A stretch of DNA of 64,000 bases from positions 16,002 through 80,001 of the forward strand of contig JAJYVS010000005.1 of the NCBI GenBank assembly GCA_021791895.1, written 5' to 3'. Made by a program: the position numbers and the translations under genes. The DNA comes from Actinomycetes bacterium (GTDB lineage: Bacteria; Actinomycetota; Acidimicrobiia; Acidimicrobiales; RAAP-2). Below are positions 9,835-19,662 of the stretch, piece by piece (position 1 is the first letter of the stretch; every line of letters starts with the position of its first letter). The notes below the pieces were generated by a model, which made no database searches, had not been told where the DNA came from, and worked only from the letters and a program-made list of their open reading frames with translations.

Positions 9835-10875
9835 ATGGCTCTCCGGGTCGGGATCGTGGCCGGCGGCTCCCTTCCCGAGGACGCCGCGTTCGTCGAGGAG
9901 GCCGAGCGCCTCGGGGTCGACTCGGTCTGGGCCCCCGAAGCCTGGGGCTATGACGCCCTCACCCCGTTGGCCTACCTCGCCGCCAGGACCTCGCGGGTCC
10001 GCCTCGGCACGGCCATCGTCCAGCTCGGCGCCCGCACCCCGGCCGCGCTGGCCATGGCGGCCCTGTCGCTCCAGCGCCTCTCGAAGGGACGGTTCGTGCT
10101 CGGGGTGGGCACGAGCGGCCCCCAGGTGATCGAGGGCTGGCACGGCGTGGCGTTCGACCGGCCGATCCGGCGGACCGAGGAGACCATCGAGATCGTCCGC
10201 CTCCTCGTCTCGGGGGAACGCTCGGACTACGAGGGCCGGCACTACCGCCTGCCCCTGCCGGGCGGCCAAGGCCGGGCCATCCGCTCGTCGGCCCCGCCGG
10301 CGAACGTCCCGATCTACGTCGCCTCGCTCGGCCCGGTCAACCTGGCCCTGACCGGCCGGCTCGCCGACGGCTGGATCGGCACCGGCTTCATGCCCGAGAC
10401 CGCCGAGGCGTTCTTCGAGCCGATCCGGCAGGGCGCCGCCTCGGCCGGCCGGAGCCTGGCCGATCTCGACCTGACCGTCTCGGCCAGCATCGAGCTGACG
10501 ACCGACGTCGAGGGGGCGGCCCGCCGGCACGCCCGGGGCTACGCCTTCACGTTCGGCGCCATGGGCAGCGAGACCCACAACTTCTACAACGACGCCTTCG
10601 GCCGCCAGGGCTTCGCCGACGACGTGGCGGCGGTGGCCCGGCTCTGGCGCGCCGGGGCGCGCGAGGCGGCGGCCGACCGGGTGCCGACCGAGATCGGCCT
10701 GCGCACCAACCTCCTCGGCACCCCCGAGATGGTGCGGGACCGGCTCCGCCGCCACCGGGACGCCGGGGTGCAGACGCTGCGGGTCGGGGTGCCCGGGCCG
10801 GACCGGACCGCCCGCCTCGACACCCTGGGGACGCTGCTCGACCTGGTCGCCGAGGTCAACGCCGAGCCGGGCTGA
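9835..10875 (+). CDS. LLM-class (probably F420-dependent) oxidoreductase
   Basis: EAWGYDA, RLGTAIVQ, GTSGPQVIEGWHG and GRLADGW luciferase-like motifs. Confidence 0.85.
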   Translation: MALRVGIVAGGSLPEDAAFVEEAERLGVDSVWAPEAWGYDALTPLAYLAARTSRVRLGTAIVQLGARTPAALAMAALSLQRLSKGRFVLGVGTSGPQVIEGWHGVAFDRPIRRTEETIEIVRLLVSGERSDYEGRHYRLPLPGGQGRAIRSSAPPANVPIYVASLGPVNLALTGRLADGWIGTGFMPETAEAFFEPIRQGAASAGRSLADLDLTVSASIELTTDVEGAARRHARGYAFTFGAMGSETHNFYNDAFGRQGFADDVAAVARLWRAGAREAAADRVPTEIGLRTNLLGTPEMVRDRLRRHRDAGVQTLRVGVPGPDRTARLDTLGTLLDLVAEVNAEPG

Positions 10876-10892
10876 GGCCGGCCCCCGGCCGC

Positions 10893-12854
10893 TCAGGCTG
10901 CGGCGCCCTCGGCGTGGGAGATCCAGGTCTCGTACATCTCGGCGTAGCGGCCGCCCGCCTCGACCAGCTCGTCGTGCGAGCCGACCTCGACGATGCCGCC
11001 CTCGTCGACGACGACGATGCGATCCGCCTTCATGGCGGTGGTGAGCCGGTGGGCGATGAGGATGGCCGTTCGGCCCTCGAGCAGCACGTCGAGAGCCCGC
11101 TCGATCTTGCTCTCCGAGAGCAGGTCGAGGTTGGAGGTGGCCTCGTCGAGCACGAGGACCCGGGGATGGGCGACGAACGCCCTCGCCAGGGCGATGAGCT
11201 GGCGTTCCCCCGACGACAGGGACTGCCCGCGCTCGTACACGAAGGTGTTGATCTCCTCGGGCAGCCGCTCCACCACCTCCATGAGCCCGACGGTGCGGAT
11301 GGCCTCGCGGACCTCGTCGTCGCTCACCTTGTCGCGGGCGAAGGCGATGTTGTCGCGCACCGTGCCGGCGAAGAGGAACGGCTCCTGGGGCACCACGCCC
11401 AGCTGCCGTCGCAGCGACTGCACCGAGTAGTTCCGGATGTCGTGGCCGTCGATGAGCACCCGGCCCGCCGTCGGGTCGTAGAACCGGGTAACCAGCTTGG
11501 CCATCGTCGACTTCCCCGCCCCCGTCGGCCCGACGAAGGCGACGGTCTCCCCGGAACGGATGGTCAAGTTGATGTCGCGTAGGACCGGGGTGCCCGGGTC
11601 ATAGCCGAAGGTGACGTCCTCGAAGACGATGTTGCCCTCGATCGGGGGCAGAGCGGGCGCCCCGTTGTTCTCCGGGACGCTCGGGGGCTGGAGCAACAGG
11701 GTGTTGAGCTTGATGAACGATGACTGGCCCTGCTGGTACGTGTTGTACTGCTGGACCAAGAGCGTGATCGGCTGGAGGAACCGGTTCAGGTACAAGATGA
11801 AGGCCGCCAGCGCCCCCAGGGACAGCTCGTGGTGCAGTGCCATCGTGCCGCCCACGCCGAGCAGAACCACCTGGCCGAGGAACGAGAGCATCTGGGTGCC
11901 GGGGCCGTAGATCGCGTTGATCTGCGCCGTATAGATGTTGGCGTCCCGGTACTGGCCGACCACGTTGCGGTGGTGTACGACGTTGTGGTTCCGGCGGTTG
12001 TGGGCGGTCACCACCCGGATCCCGTGGAGGTTCTCCGACAGGTCGGCGAGCACGTTCGCGATCCCGTCACGCACTCGCTGGTATCCCTTCTCCGAGGCGG
12101 TGCGAAACCAGAGTGAAAGTCCTGCCAGCACCGGGATCACCACCAGCACGGTGACCAAGGCCAGCTTCATGTTCAGGGCGAATAGGATGACGGTGATCAC
12201 GATCATCGTGAGCCCCTGGACGGCGAAGCTGGCCAGCCCGTCCTGCAGCAACATCTGGAGGTTCTGGATGTCGCTCGTCATGCGGGTCATGATCACGCCC
12301 GCCTTCTCGTCGGTGTAGAAGTCGAGCGACATCCGCTGGAGATGAGTGAAGACCTTGACCCGTAGGTCGTTCAGCGCTCTTGCGGCCAGCCGGCCGGTCG
12401 CGCGCACGTAGCCACTCTGGGACCCGGCACTGACACCCGTGGCAATCAAGAAGATGATCCCGTAGAGGATGACCTTGCCGAAGGCTCCCGAGCGCTGGTG
12501 TGTGGCGAGAACCGCGGTGACGACGTTGACGCCTTTGTCGACGAGCAAGGGGCCGGCCTGGTTCGTCAGGCTGACGAGGACGATGAATCCGAACGCCAGA
12601 CCGGCGAGTTTCCAGTGTTGGGAGAGCAGGCTCCGTAGGGTCAATGGCCGGCGGTCGGCCTCGGACATCTGATAACTGAATTGGGCCGTGGGCTCGGGGT
12701 GCTCCGGCTCCTTCTCGAGCAGGAGGTTGACCCCGCCCTGGAGCTCCGGCGGGATCCCGGCGAAGGGGAGACCGTTGCCGGGGTTGCCCGGTGAGCCGCC
12801 GCCCGGGTGGCCGCCCATGCCACCGCCACCCCACATGCCGCCGCCCCAGGCCAT
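10893..12854 (-). CDS. ABC exporter half (TMD+NBD)
   Basis: Six TM helices, GPTGAGKST, LSSGERQ (degenerate signature), LDEATS and IAHRL. Confidence 0.92.
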   Translation of the reverse strand: MAWGGGMWGGGGMGGHPGGGSPGNPGNGLPFAGIPPELQGGVNLLLEKEPEHPEPTAQFSYQMSEADRRPLTLRSLLSQHWKLAGLAFGFIVLVSLTNQAGPLLVDKGVNVVTAVLATHQRSGAFGKVILYGIIFLIATGVSAGSQSGYVRATGRLAARALNDLRVKVFTHLQRMSLDFYTDEKAGVIMTRMTSDIQNLQMLLQDGLASFAVQGLTMIVITVILFALNMKLALVTVLVVIPVLAGLSLWFRTASEKGYQRVRDGIANVLADLSENLHGIRVVTAHNRRNHNVVHHRNVVGQYRDANIYTAQINAIYGPGTQMLSFLGQVVLLGVGGTMALHHELSLGALAAFILYLNRFLQPITLLVQQYNTYQQGQSSFIKLNTLLLQPPSVPENNGAPALPPIEGNIVFEDVTFGYDPGTPVLRDINLTIRSGETVAFVGPTGAGKSTMAKLVTRFYDPTAGRVLIDGHDIRNYSVQSLRRQLGVVPQEPFLFAGTVRDNIAFARDKVSDDEVREAIRTVGLMEVVERLPEEINTFVYERGQSLSSGERQLIALARAFVAHPRVLVLDEATSNLDLLSESKIERALDVLLEGRTAILIAHRLTTAMKADRIVVVDEGGIVEVGSHDELVEAGGRYAEMYETWISHAEGAAA

Positions 12855-14821
12855 CAGTGACCCCCTCCGCTCCACATCGGGCCGTTCGGTTCGCTATCCA
12901 GCCCGAACCCAGCTTCCCGGGCGACCGTTGAGTTCCCGTCGACCCTGTCGGCACTTAGTCGGGCCGCATCGTCTCGTTCGCCCTGCGCTAGGACCTCGGC
13001 GTACAGCGGGACCGTGGCCATGAGCTCGGCGTGGGTGCCGTCGGCCACGATGCGGCCCTGGTCCATCAACAAGACCCGGTCCGCCAGGCTGATCGTCGAC
13101 AGCCGGTGGGCGATGATCAAGGTCGTCCGACCCTTCATCAGCTCGCGCAGCGCGCCGTGGATGGTCAGCTCCACCTGGACGTCGATGGCGCTGGTAGCGT
13201 CGTCGAGCACCAATACCGGCGGGTTTACGAGCAGGGTTCGAGCGATAGCGATCCGCTGGCGTTGCCCGCCCGAGAGCGTGTAGCCGCGTTCACCCACGAC
13301 GGTGTCGTAGCCCTCAGGGAGCTCCTTGATGAACTCGTCGGCACCGGCAGCCTTCGCCGCGGCCACGATGTCGTCGATGTCGGCGTTGGGGGCCCCATAG
13401 GCGATGTTGTCCCGGATCGAGACCGAGAAGAGGAAGGGCTCGTCGAGCACGATGCCGACGTTGCCCCGGACGCTCGCCAAGGTGAGGTCCCGCACGTCCC
13501 TGTCGTCGATGAGTACCCGGCCCTCGTTCACGTCGTAGAAGCGGGCCAAGAGTCGAGCCACGGTCGACTTGCCAGACCCGGTTCGCCCGACCATGGCGAC
13601 CGTCTCACCGGAGGCCAGGTGCAGATCGAAGTTGTCGAGGACGTAGGGGTTGTCGTCGAGGTACTTGAACTTGACGCGGTCGAACTGGACGTCTCCACGA
13701 CAGTCGACCAGGTCCACCGCACCGGGGCGGTCGACGACCGTCGGCTGCTCGTCGAGGATCTCGTAGATCCGCTGGGCCGAGGCGGCGGCGCGCTGGCTCA
13801 TCATGATGATCTGGCCGAGCATCTGGAACGGAGCCTGGAGCATGACGATATACAGGCTGAACGAGATGATGGCGGCGACCGGTAAGTGCCCGCCCAGGGC
13901 GAGCCAGCCCCCGAACATCAAGATGAGCGCGAGGCCGATCTGGGGGAGGTTTTGGACGGTGGGGGTGAAGGTCGCTCGGATATCTGCGTCCTTCACGTAG
14001 GACCACTCCAGCCGGTTTGTCGACTTGGCCAGGGTCGTGAGCTCCCGCTGCTCGGCGGCGAAGGATTTGACCACCCGGACCCCGTTGGTGTTCTCGTCGA
14101 CGATCGTCGCCACGTCAGCCAGGCGGGCCTGGATCAGCCAGGACACCGGGAAGATCCGCTTCCGCATCTCGACCCCGAGGAAGTACACGAGGGGCATCGG
14201 GATCATGGCCACCAGCGCTAGGAGCACGTTGATCGACAGCATGTAGCCAAAAGCCACCAGGGCCACGCTGCACTGCACGAGGATCGAGGGAGCGAACGTG
14301 AGGTACATCTGGACCGACCGGATGTCGGAGTTCGCCCTTGAGATCAGCTGCCCCGACTGGACCCGGTCGTAAAAGGGGAACGACATCTTCGAGAGATGCA
14401 TGTACATGATGTTGCGGAGGTCGAACTCAATCTCGTAGGCCGTGCGCATGAGGTAGTAACGCGAGATATAGCCGGCGATACCCGCGGCGACCGCCAGGAC
14501 CAGCATGACCGTGATGTAGCCACTCAATCCGGCGCGGCGGAAGACGACTGCGTTCTGGATCGCGTCCTGGAGGATCTTGGGGATCTGGACCTGGATCACG
14601 AGACCGACAAAGGAGAGCACGAGCGAGGTGATGAACATGCGCTTGTGCGAGAGCACCACCGGCATTGCCCGGCGAAGCCAAGTCTTCTCTCGATCGGGAT
14701 CGATACCCGCCTTCGGGGGTCGGTAGCGTGGTGTGGTGGAGACCGGCTCGAATGTCGACGACTGGACAAGATCGCCGTCGATCTTCGTCTCACCGGTCGG
14801 GCGGCGGGAGAGGATCGTCAC
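12854..14821 (-). CDS. ABC exporter half (TMD+NBD), heterodimer partner
   Basis: GRTGSGKST, LSGGQRQR and LDDATS (degenerate Walker B). TGATG coupling to the next gene. Confidence 0.92.
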   Translation of the reverse strand: MTILSRRPTGETKIDGDLVQSSTFEPVSTTPRYRPPKAGIDPDREKTWLRRAMPVVLSHKRMFITSLVLSFVGLVIQVQIPKILQDAIQNAVVFRRAGLSGYITVMLVLAVAAGIAGYISRYYLMRTAYEIEFDLRNIMYMHLSKMSFPFYDRVQSGQLISRANSDIRSVQMYLTFAPSILVQCSVALVAFGYMLSINVLLALVAMIPMPLVYFLGVEMRKRIFPVSWLIQARLADVATIVDENTNGVRVVKSFAAEQRELTTLAKSTNRLEWSYVKDADIRATFTPTVQNLPQIGLALILMFGGWLALGGHLPVAAIISFSLYIVMLQAPFQMLGQIIMMSQRAAASAQRIYEILDEQPTVVDRPGAVDLVDCRGDVQFDRVKFKYLDDNPYVLDNFDLHLASGETVAMVGRTGSGKSTVARLLARFYDVNEGRVLIDDRDVRDLTLASVRGNVGIVLDEPFLFSVSIRDNIAYGAPNADIDDIVAAAKAAGADEFIKELPEGYDTVVGERGYTLSGGQRQRIAIARTLLVNPPVLVLDDATSAIDVQVELTIHGALRELMKGRTTLIIAHRLSTISLADRVLLMDQGRIVADGTHAELMATVPLYAEVLAQGERDDAARLSADRVDGNSTVAREAGFGLDSEPNGPMWSGGGH

Positions 14822-15273
14822 TACTTGGCCCTCGCAGCGCGGTAGAGCACCATGGCTTCGTGCCAGCGGGACAGGCAGGAGAGCGCCCGGGCCGAGCCCT
14901 TTGCACCCAGGCTCGAGGAGATCTGTTCTAACCGGCCGTTGACCGCATCGTCGGCCGACGCCAGCACCCTCAGGCCCTCGGTGGTCAGCTCGAGCGAGAC
15001 TCGTCGGCGGTCGTCCTCCCGATGGGTCCGTTCGACCAGCCCCCTCGTCACCAGCCCGTCGATCACCGCGGTCACGCTCGGGGGCCGCACCGCGAGGCGT
15101 TCGGCCAACGCCGAGGACTGCGCCGAACCCTCAGCCAGAATGCTCAGGATCCGGTACTGGGAGATCGACAGGTCCACCGTGGCCAGTCCCAGCTCGACCT
15201 GCTTGGCGAGCCAGGCCGCGGTCCGTCCGGGGTTGTAGGTCCTCGCCGTGGGCCCCAGCTGTTCGACACTCAC
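14821..15273 (-). CDS. MarR-family transcriptional regulator
   Basis: LSISQYRIL...LAERLAVRPPSVTAVIDGLVTRGLVER...DDRRRVSLELT winged HTH. GTG start at 15273. Confidence 0.88.
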   Translation of the reverse strand: MSVEQLGPTARTYNPGRTAAWLAKQVELGLATVDLSISQYRILSILAEGSAQSSALAERLAVRPPSVTAVIDGLVTRGLVERTHREDDRRRVSLELTTEGLRVLASADDAVNGRLEQISSSLGAKGSARALSCLSRWHEAMVLYRAARAK

Positions 15274-15275
15274 AT

Positions 15276-15292
15276 TATTAGAGTATCTAACA
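15276..15292. promoter_or_regulatory. Palindromic operator overlapping the leaderless -10 of marR
   Basis: Perfect TTAGA-GTA-TCTAA (15278-15290) in an AT-rich patch. Minus strand reads TACTCT-N6-GTG. Confidence 0.7.
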
Positions 15293-15408
15293 GGCCCGGT
15301 CTGGGGCAAGCACGGCCGGCGGCGAAGACCAGCCCGGGCCGGGCGGTGTTGTCCCCGGCCCGCTGCACGGCGATACTTGGCCCGAGCTGGAACACAACGG
15401 GAGGGCCG

Positions 15409-16566
15409 ATGAGAACTCGGGCGGCGATTTGCCATGAAGAGGGGACTCCGTGGGTCACCGAGGAGATCGAGATCGACGAACCCCACGCCCATGAGGTGCA
15501 GGTACAGGTGGCCTACGCTGGCCTCTGCCACTCCGACGAGCATCTCCGGCTCGGTGCCATGACCGCCCCACCCGAAGTGCTCGCCATGCTTGGGCTGACC
15601 TCGATGTTCCCGGCGATCGGCGGCCACGAGGGTTCCGGGGTGGTCACTGCCGTCGGACCCGAGGTGGCCGGCGTGGCGGTCGGGGATCGGGTCGCGGTGG
15701 CCTTCATCCCGTCCTGCGGGACCTGCTACTGGTGCGCCTCAGGACGCCAGCACCTCTGCGACCTCGGCATGTACACCCTGGCCGGGCCCATGATCTCCGA
15801 CGGCACCTGGCGCCACCACCTGGGCGACGTCAACCTGGGCCGGATGACCCAGCTCGGCACGTTCTCCGAGTCGATGGTGGTGAACGAGGCGTCGTTGGTG
15901 AAGCTGGCCCCGGACGCTTCGCTCAAGGCGGCCGCCCTGATCAGCTGCGGGATCTCGACCGGGTTCGGCTCCGTAGTCGACCGGGCCAAGGCCCGTCCGG
16001 GCGAGGTGGTCGTGGTCGTCGGGTGCGGCGGCGTGGGGTCGGGCGCCCTCCAGGGGGCCCGCCTGGCCGGTGCCCGGGCGATCGTGGCCGTCGACACCGT
16101 CCCCTTCAAGGTCGACCAGGCCAAGCGGATCGGCGCGACCCACGGTGCCGCGTCCATGGAAGAGGCCCTGCCGCTCGTGGCCGAGATCACCCAGGGTCGG
16201 ATGGCCGACGTCGTGGTGCTCACCCCGGGCACCCTGACCGGCGATCTCATCGCTCCGGCGTTGTCGCTCGGGTCCAAGGACTCGAGGGTCGTGTGCACGG
16301 CCGTCGCCCCCATCACCCAGCAGGAGGTGCAGCTGAACCTGTTCGAGCTGGCGATGTACAACAAGTCCCTTCTCGGGACGGTCTTCGGTTCGGCCAGTCC
16401 GCGGGCCCAGGTCCCGAGGCTGCTCGCCCTCTACCAGAGCGGCCAGCTCGAGATCGACGAGCTCATCACGAAGGAGTACACCCTCGACCAGGTCCAGCAG
16501 GGCTACGACGACATGCATGCCGGCCGCAACGTCCGGGGGGTCGTGAAGCTGGCCGGGGAAGCCTGA
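15409..16566 (+). CDS. NDMA-dependent (mycofactocin-coupled) zinc alcohol dehydrogenase, Rxyl_3153-like
   Basis: CHSDEH, GHEGSG, CGTCYWCASGRQHLC and GCGGVG. Lies directly before mftD. Confidence 0.82.
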   Translation: MRTRAAICHEEGTPWVTEEIEIDEPHAHEVQVQVAYAGLCHSDEHLRLGAMTAPPEVLAMLGLTSMFPAIGGHEGSGVVTAVGPEVAGVAVGDRVAVAFIPSCGTCYWCASGRQHLCDLGMYTLAGPMISDGTWRHHLGDVNLGRMTQLGTFSESMVVNEASLVKLAPDASLKAAALISCGISTGFGSVVDRAKARPGEVVVVVGCGGVGSGALQGARLAGARAIVAVDTVPFKVDQAKRIGATHGAASMEEALPLVAEITQGRMADVVVLTPGTLTGDLIAPALSLGSKDSRVVCTAVAPITQQEVQLNLFELAMYNKSLLGTVFGSASPRAQVPRLLALYQSGQLEIDELITKEYTLDQVQQGYDDMHAGRNVRGVVKLAGEA

Positions 16567-16628
16567 TCGGGGCCGCCGCCCCGGTCGCCGGCGCAGCCGA
16601 CCCCGAGTCGGGTCGCTAGGGGCGCACG

Positions 16629-17819
16629 ATGGCCGGGTCGTGGTTCGAGACGGTGGCCGAGGCGGAGCGGCGCGCCCGGCGGCGACTGCCGCGCTCGGTG
16701 TATGGCGCGCTGGTGGCGGGGTCCGAGAAGGGCCTCACGATGGCGGACAACCTCGTCGCCTTCGGCGAGCTGGGTCTCGCCCCCCACGTGGCCGGACAGG
16801 CCGAGAAGCGGGACCAGGCCACCACGGTGATGGGCCAACCGGTCTCGCTGCCGGTCCTGCTCTCGCCGACCGGCGTCCAAGCCGTCCATCCGGAGGCGGA
16901 GGTGGCCGTGGCCCGGGCGGCGGCGGCCCGGGGCACGGCCGTCGGCCTCAGCTCGTTCGCCTCGAAGCCCATCGAGGAGGTGGTGGCGGCCAATCCCAAG
17001 ACCTTCTTCCAGGTCTACTGGAGCGGGACTCGTGAGCGGATCGCCGCCCGGCTCGAGCGGGCCCGCAGGGCGGGCGCCGTCGGGCTCATCGCCACGCTCG
17101 ACTGGTCGTTCTCCAACGGGCGGGACTGGGGCAGCCCCCGGATCCCCGAACGCCTGGACCTGAGAACCATGCTCCGGTTCGCCCCCGAGGTGGCGCGTCG
17201 GCCACGCTGGCTCGCCGCCTACCTCCGGACGAGGAGCCTGCCCACGCTCACCGTGCCCAACATGGCCGCGCCGGGCGAGCCGGCGCCGACCTTTTTTGGC
17301 GCCTACGGAGAGTGGATGCAGACGCCCCCGCCGAGCTGGGACGACGTCGCCTGGCTGGCCGAGCAGTGGGGCGGTCCGTTCATGGTGAAGGGGGTGATGC
17401 GCCTCGACGACGCCCGTCGGGCGGCCGACGCCGGGGCCAGCGCCATCTCGGTCTCCAACCACGGGGGGAACAACCTCGACGGCACGCCGGCGACCATCCG
17501 CGCCCTGCCGGCCGTCGCCGAGGCGGTCGGCGACCGCGTGGAGGTCCTCCTCGACGGCGGTGTGCGCCGGGGGAGCGACGTCGTGAAGGCATTGGCCCTC
17601 GGGGCCAAGGCGGTCATGATCGGCCGGGCCTACCTGTGGGGGCTGGCGGCCAACGGGCAGGCCGGGGTGGAGAACGTGCTCGACCTCTTGCGGGGCGGGA
17701 TCGACTCGGCCCTCCTCGGTCTCGGTCGCGCCTCGGTCAACGAACTGACGAGCGGCGACGTGGTGGTGTCCGAGGGCTTCGGGCGGGTGCTCGGCCGCCC
17801 GGGTGAGCCGGCGCCCTAG
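16629..17819 (+). CDS. mftD: Pre-mycofactocin synthase MftD (FMN-dependent)
   Basis: WFETVAEAERRARRRLPRSVYGAL, DWSFSNGRDWGSP, SNHGGNNLDG and DGGVRRGSD; mft context. Confidence 0.92.
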   Translation: MAGSWFETVAEAERRARRRLPRSVYGALVAGSEKGLTMADNLVAFGELGLAPHVAGQAEKRDQATTVMGQPVSLPVLLSPTGVQAVHPEAEVAVARAAAARGTAVGLSSFASKPIEEVVAANPKTFFQVYWSGTRERIAARLERARRAGAVGLIATLDWSFSNGRDWGSPRIPERLDLRTMLRFAPEVARRPRWLAAYLRTRSLPTLTVPNMAAPGEPAPTFFGAYGEWMQTPPPSWDDVAWLAEQWGGPFMVKGVMRLDDARRAADAGASAISVSNHGGNNLDGTPATIRALPAVAEAVGDRVEVLLDGGVRRGSDVVKALALGAKAVMIGRAYLWGLAANGQAGVENVLDLLRGGIDSALLGLGRASVNELTSGDVVVSEGFGRVLGRPGEPAP

Positions 17820-19303
17820 TCCGTCCCGGCCCGCCTTGAGGGGGGCGGTGTCGTCCGACGACCGACCACCGCCGGGACCAGCGGCCGGAGGGTCCGCGCC
17901 CGCCAGCACCCCCACCACACGCCGGCGCCGTAGGCGAGATCGTCAGTGGCCCGGGTGGCCACGTAGCGCAGCGGGTCGAGGGTGTGGGGGCGCGACCGCC
18001 AGTCGCGGGTCGCGCTCAAGCCCAGCGCGCCCAGCGCCACCAGCCGGAACCGGCCCAGCCGGCGCGAGAGGAGCGACACCACCAGAAGCGGCCCCCAGAC
18101 CCTGGTCACGCCGGCCACCGCCGGGACCGCGCTGCGGGCCAGCCCGACCGCGCTCAGTCGGGCGGCCACCTCGAAGGACCGGTCGACCACCCCCCGGAGC
18201 CGACCGCCGAGCAGCAGGCCGGAGGCGCCCACCACCCCCAGGGCTGCGAGCGGCCGCCTCCCGGCGGCCAGGCCCCAGGCCGCCGCCGCCACCGGGGACA
18301 GCCGCACCGGCGCGACCGCGTCGCCGTGGCGCCGGGCGAGGGGCCCGGCGGACGAGCCGTAGGCGGCCCGACGCGCCGCCCACGGCACCGGCCGGAGTTC
18401 GGGGTGGTGCTCCACCTCGACGGAGGGCTCGTAGCGGACCTCCCAGCCGGCCGAGACCAGGCGCCAGACCAGGTCGACGTCTTCGCCGACCGTCATGCGC
18501 TGGTCGAAGCACGGCGCGGGTGCGGCCGCCCGCCGCAGCACGATCGCCGCCGAGGGGACGTAGGCGACCCGCCGGCCCGGGCCGACCGAGCCTTCGCGTC
18601 CCCCGAGATCGAGCGGCGAGCGCACCGCCTCGTAGCGGGCGAGCCACGACGGGCCGCTCCGGGTCACCACCCGGGGGGCGACCAGCGCCACCGCCGGATC
18701 GACGAAGTGCCCGACCAGACCCTCGAGCCAGTCGGGTGGGACCGTGCAGTCCGAATCCACGAAGGCCACCAGCGGTGATCGCACTGTCGCGAGTCCGGCG
18801 TTGCGGGCCGCCGCCGGTCCCCCCCGGGCGTCGAGCCGCACGTACCCGGCACCGGCCTCCCGCGCCACCTTCTCCACCTCGCCCCGGCGGACCGAGGCGT
18901 CGTCCACGACCACGCAGGGGGTGGGGCCGAGGGAGCGGAGCAGGCCTTCGAGGAGCTCGGGGCGGTCACGGACCGGGACCACCACCGTGACCAGGACGCC
19001 GGGGTGGACCGGCTCGGGGCGCGGGTGCAGCATCCCTGCCCGGAGCAGTCTGCGGGCCACCGACCGCTCGGTCCGGTCTGGCCCGACCGGCTTTCCCTCG
19101 AGCCAGCCCCGAACCATCGCGGCCGCCCGGGGGCGGAGCCGGACGAGCCGCGTCGGGCTCCCGCCCAACAGGACCCGCCCTTCGGAGAGGACCCAAAGAT
19201 CGGTGTCGGCGCCCAGGCGGATCCCGGCGGGCACCGGGACCGTCCCGGTCGGTGCCCGCCGCAGGGGGCGGGGTGTCGACGCCGATCGGCCGTTGGTCGC
19301 CAT
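17816..19303 (-). CDS. mftF: Mycofactocin glycosyltransferase MftF (GT2)
   Basis: LLGGSPTRLVRL, GPAAARNAG, FVDSDC, YVPSAA, GEDVDLVWRL and DDLAYGAGVW. Confidence 0.9.
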   Translation of the reverse strand: MATNGRSASTPRPLRRAPTGTVPVPAGIRLGADTDLWVLSEGRVLLGGSPTRLVRLRPRAAAMVRGWLEGKPVGPDRTERSVARRLLRAGMLHPRPEPVHPGVLVTVVVPVRDRPELLEGLLRSLGPTPCVVVDDASVRRGEVEKVAREAGAGYVRLDARGGPAAARNAGLATVRSPLVAFVDSDCTVPPDWLEGLVGHFVDPAVALVAPRVVTRSGPSWLARYEAVRSPLDLGGREGSVGPGRRVAYVPSAAIVLRRAAAPAPCFDQRMTVGEDVDLVWRLVSAGWEVRYEPSVEVEHHPELRPVPWAARRAAYGSSAGPLARRHGDAVAPVRLSPVAAAAWGLAAGRRPLAALGVVGASGLLLGGRLRGVVDRSFEVAARLSAVGLARSAVPAVAGVTRVWGPLLVVSLLSRRLGRFRLVALGALGLSATRDWRSRPHTLDPLRYVATRATDDLAYGAGVWWGCWRARTLRPLVPAVVGRRTTPPPSRRAGTD

Positions 19304-19465
19304 CGCCCCAATCTTCGCAGGACCGCCCAGGACCTCGGACGAGCGGTCGCCGTTGTGCGGGCACCTCCTAGGTACTAAAGACGGGGATGGCGAACGTCCC
19401 CGCAGCCGGGGGTGCCCTGGGGGATGCAATCTGACCCACCACCCGGCCGGGCCGACCGACCGCAC

Positions 19466-19544
19466 TAGGCTGGACAAGCAGGACGGATCCGTGCCGAGCT
19501 CTCCTGCGTCGTCGATCTCGACGGCGTTGACGGAGGAGGACCCA
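19466..19544 (+). promoter_or_regulatory. mftA promoter and hairpin leader
   Basis: TAGGCT at 19466-19471, then hairpins GCAGGA/TCCTGC and CGTCGTCGA/TCGACGGCG, then a GGAGGAGG RBS. Confidence 0.5.
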
Positions 19545-19658
19545 ATGACCCAGATCGAGGAGTTCCTCGACGCCGAGGAAGAAGCGGACGCCGAGGTGGT
19601 CGACGAGGAGACCCTGGTCGAGGAGATCTCGATCGATGGGATGTGCGGGGTCTACTGA
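19545..19658 (+). CDS. mftA: Mycofactocin precursor peptide MftA (37 aa)
   Basis: MTQIEEFLDAEEEADAEVVDEETLVEEISIDGMCGVY*; diagnostic IDGMCGVY terminus and strong RBS. Confidence 0.97.
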   Translation: MTQIEEFLDAEEEADAEVVDEETLVEEISIDGMCGVY

Positions 19659-19662
19659 TCGG

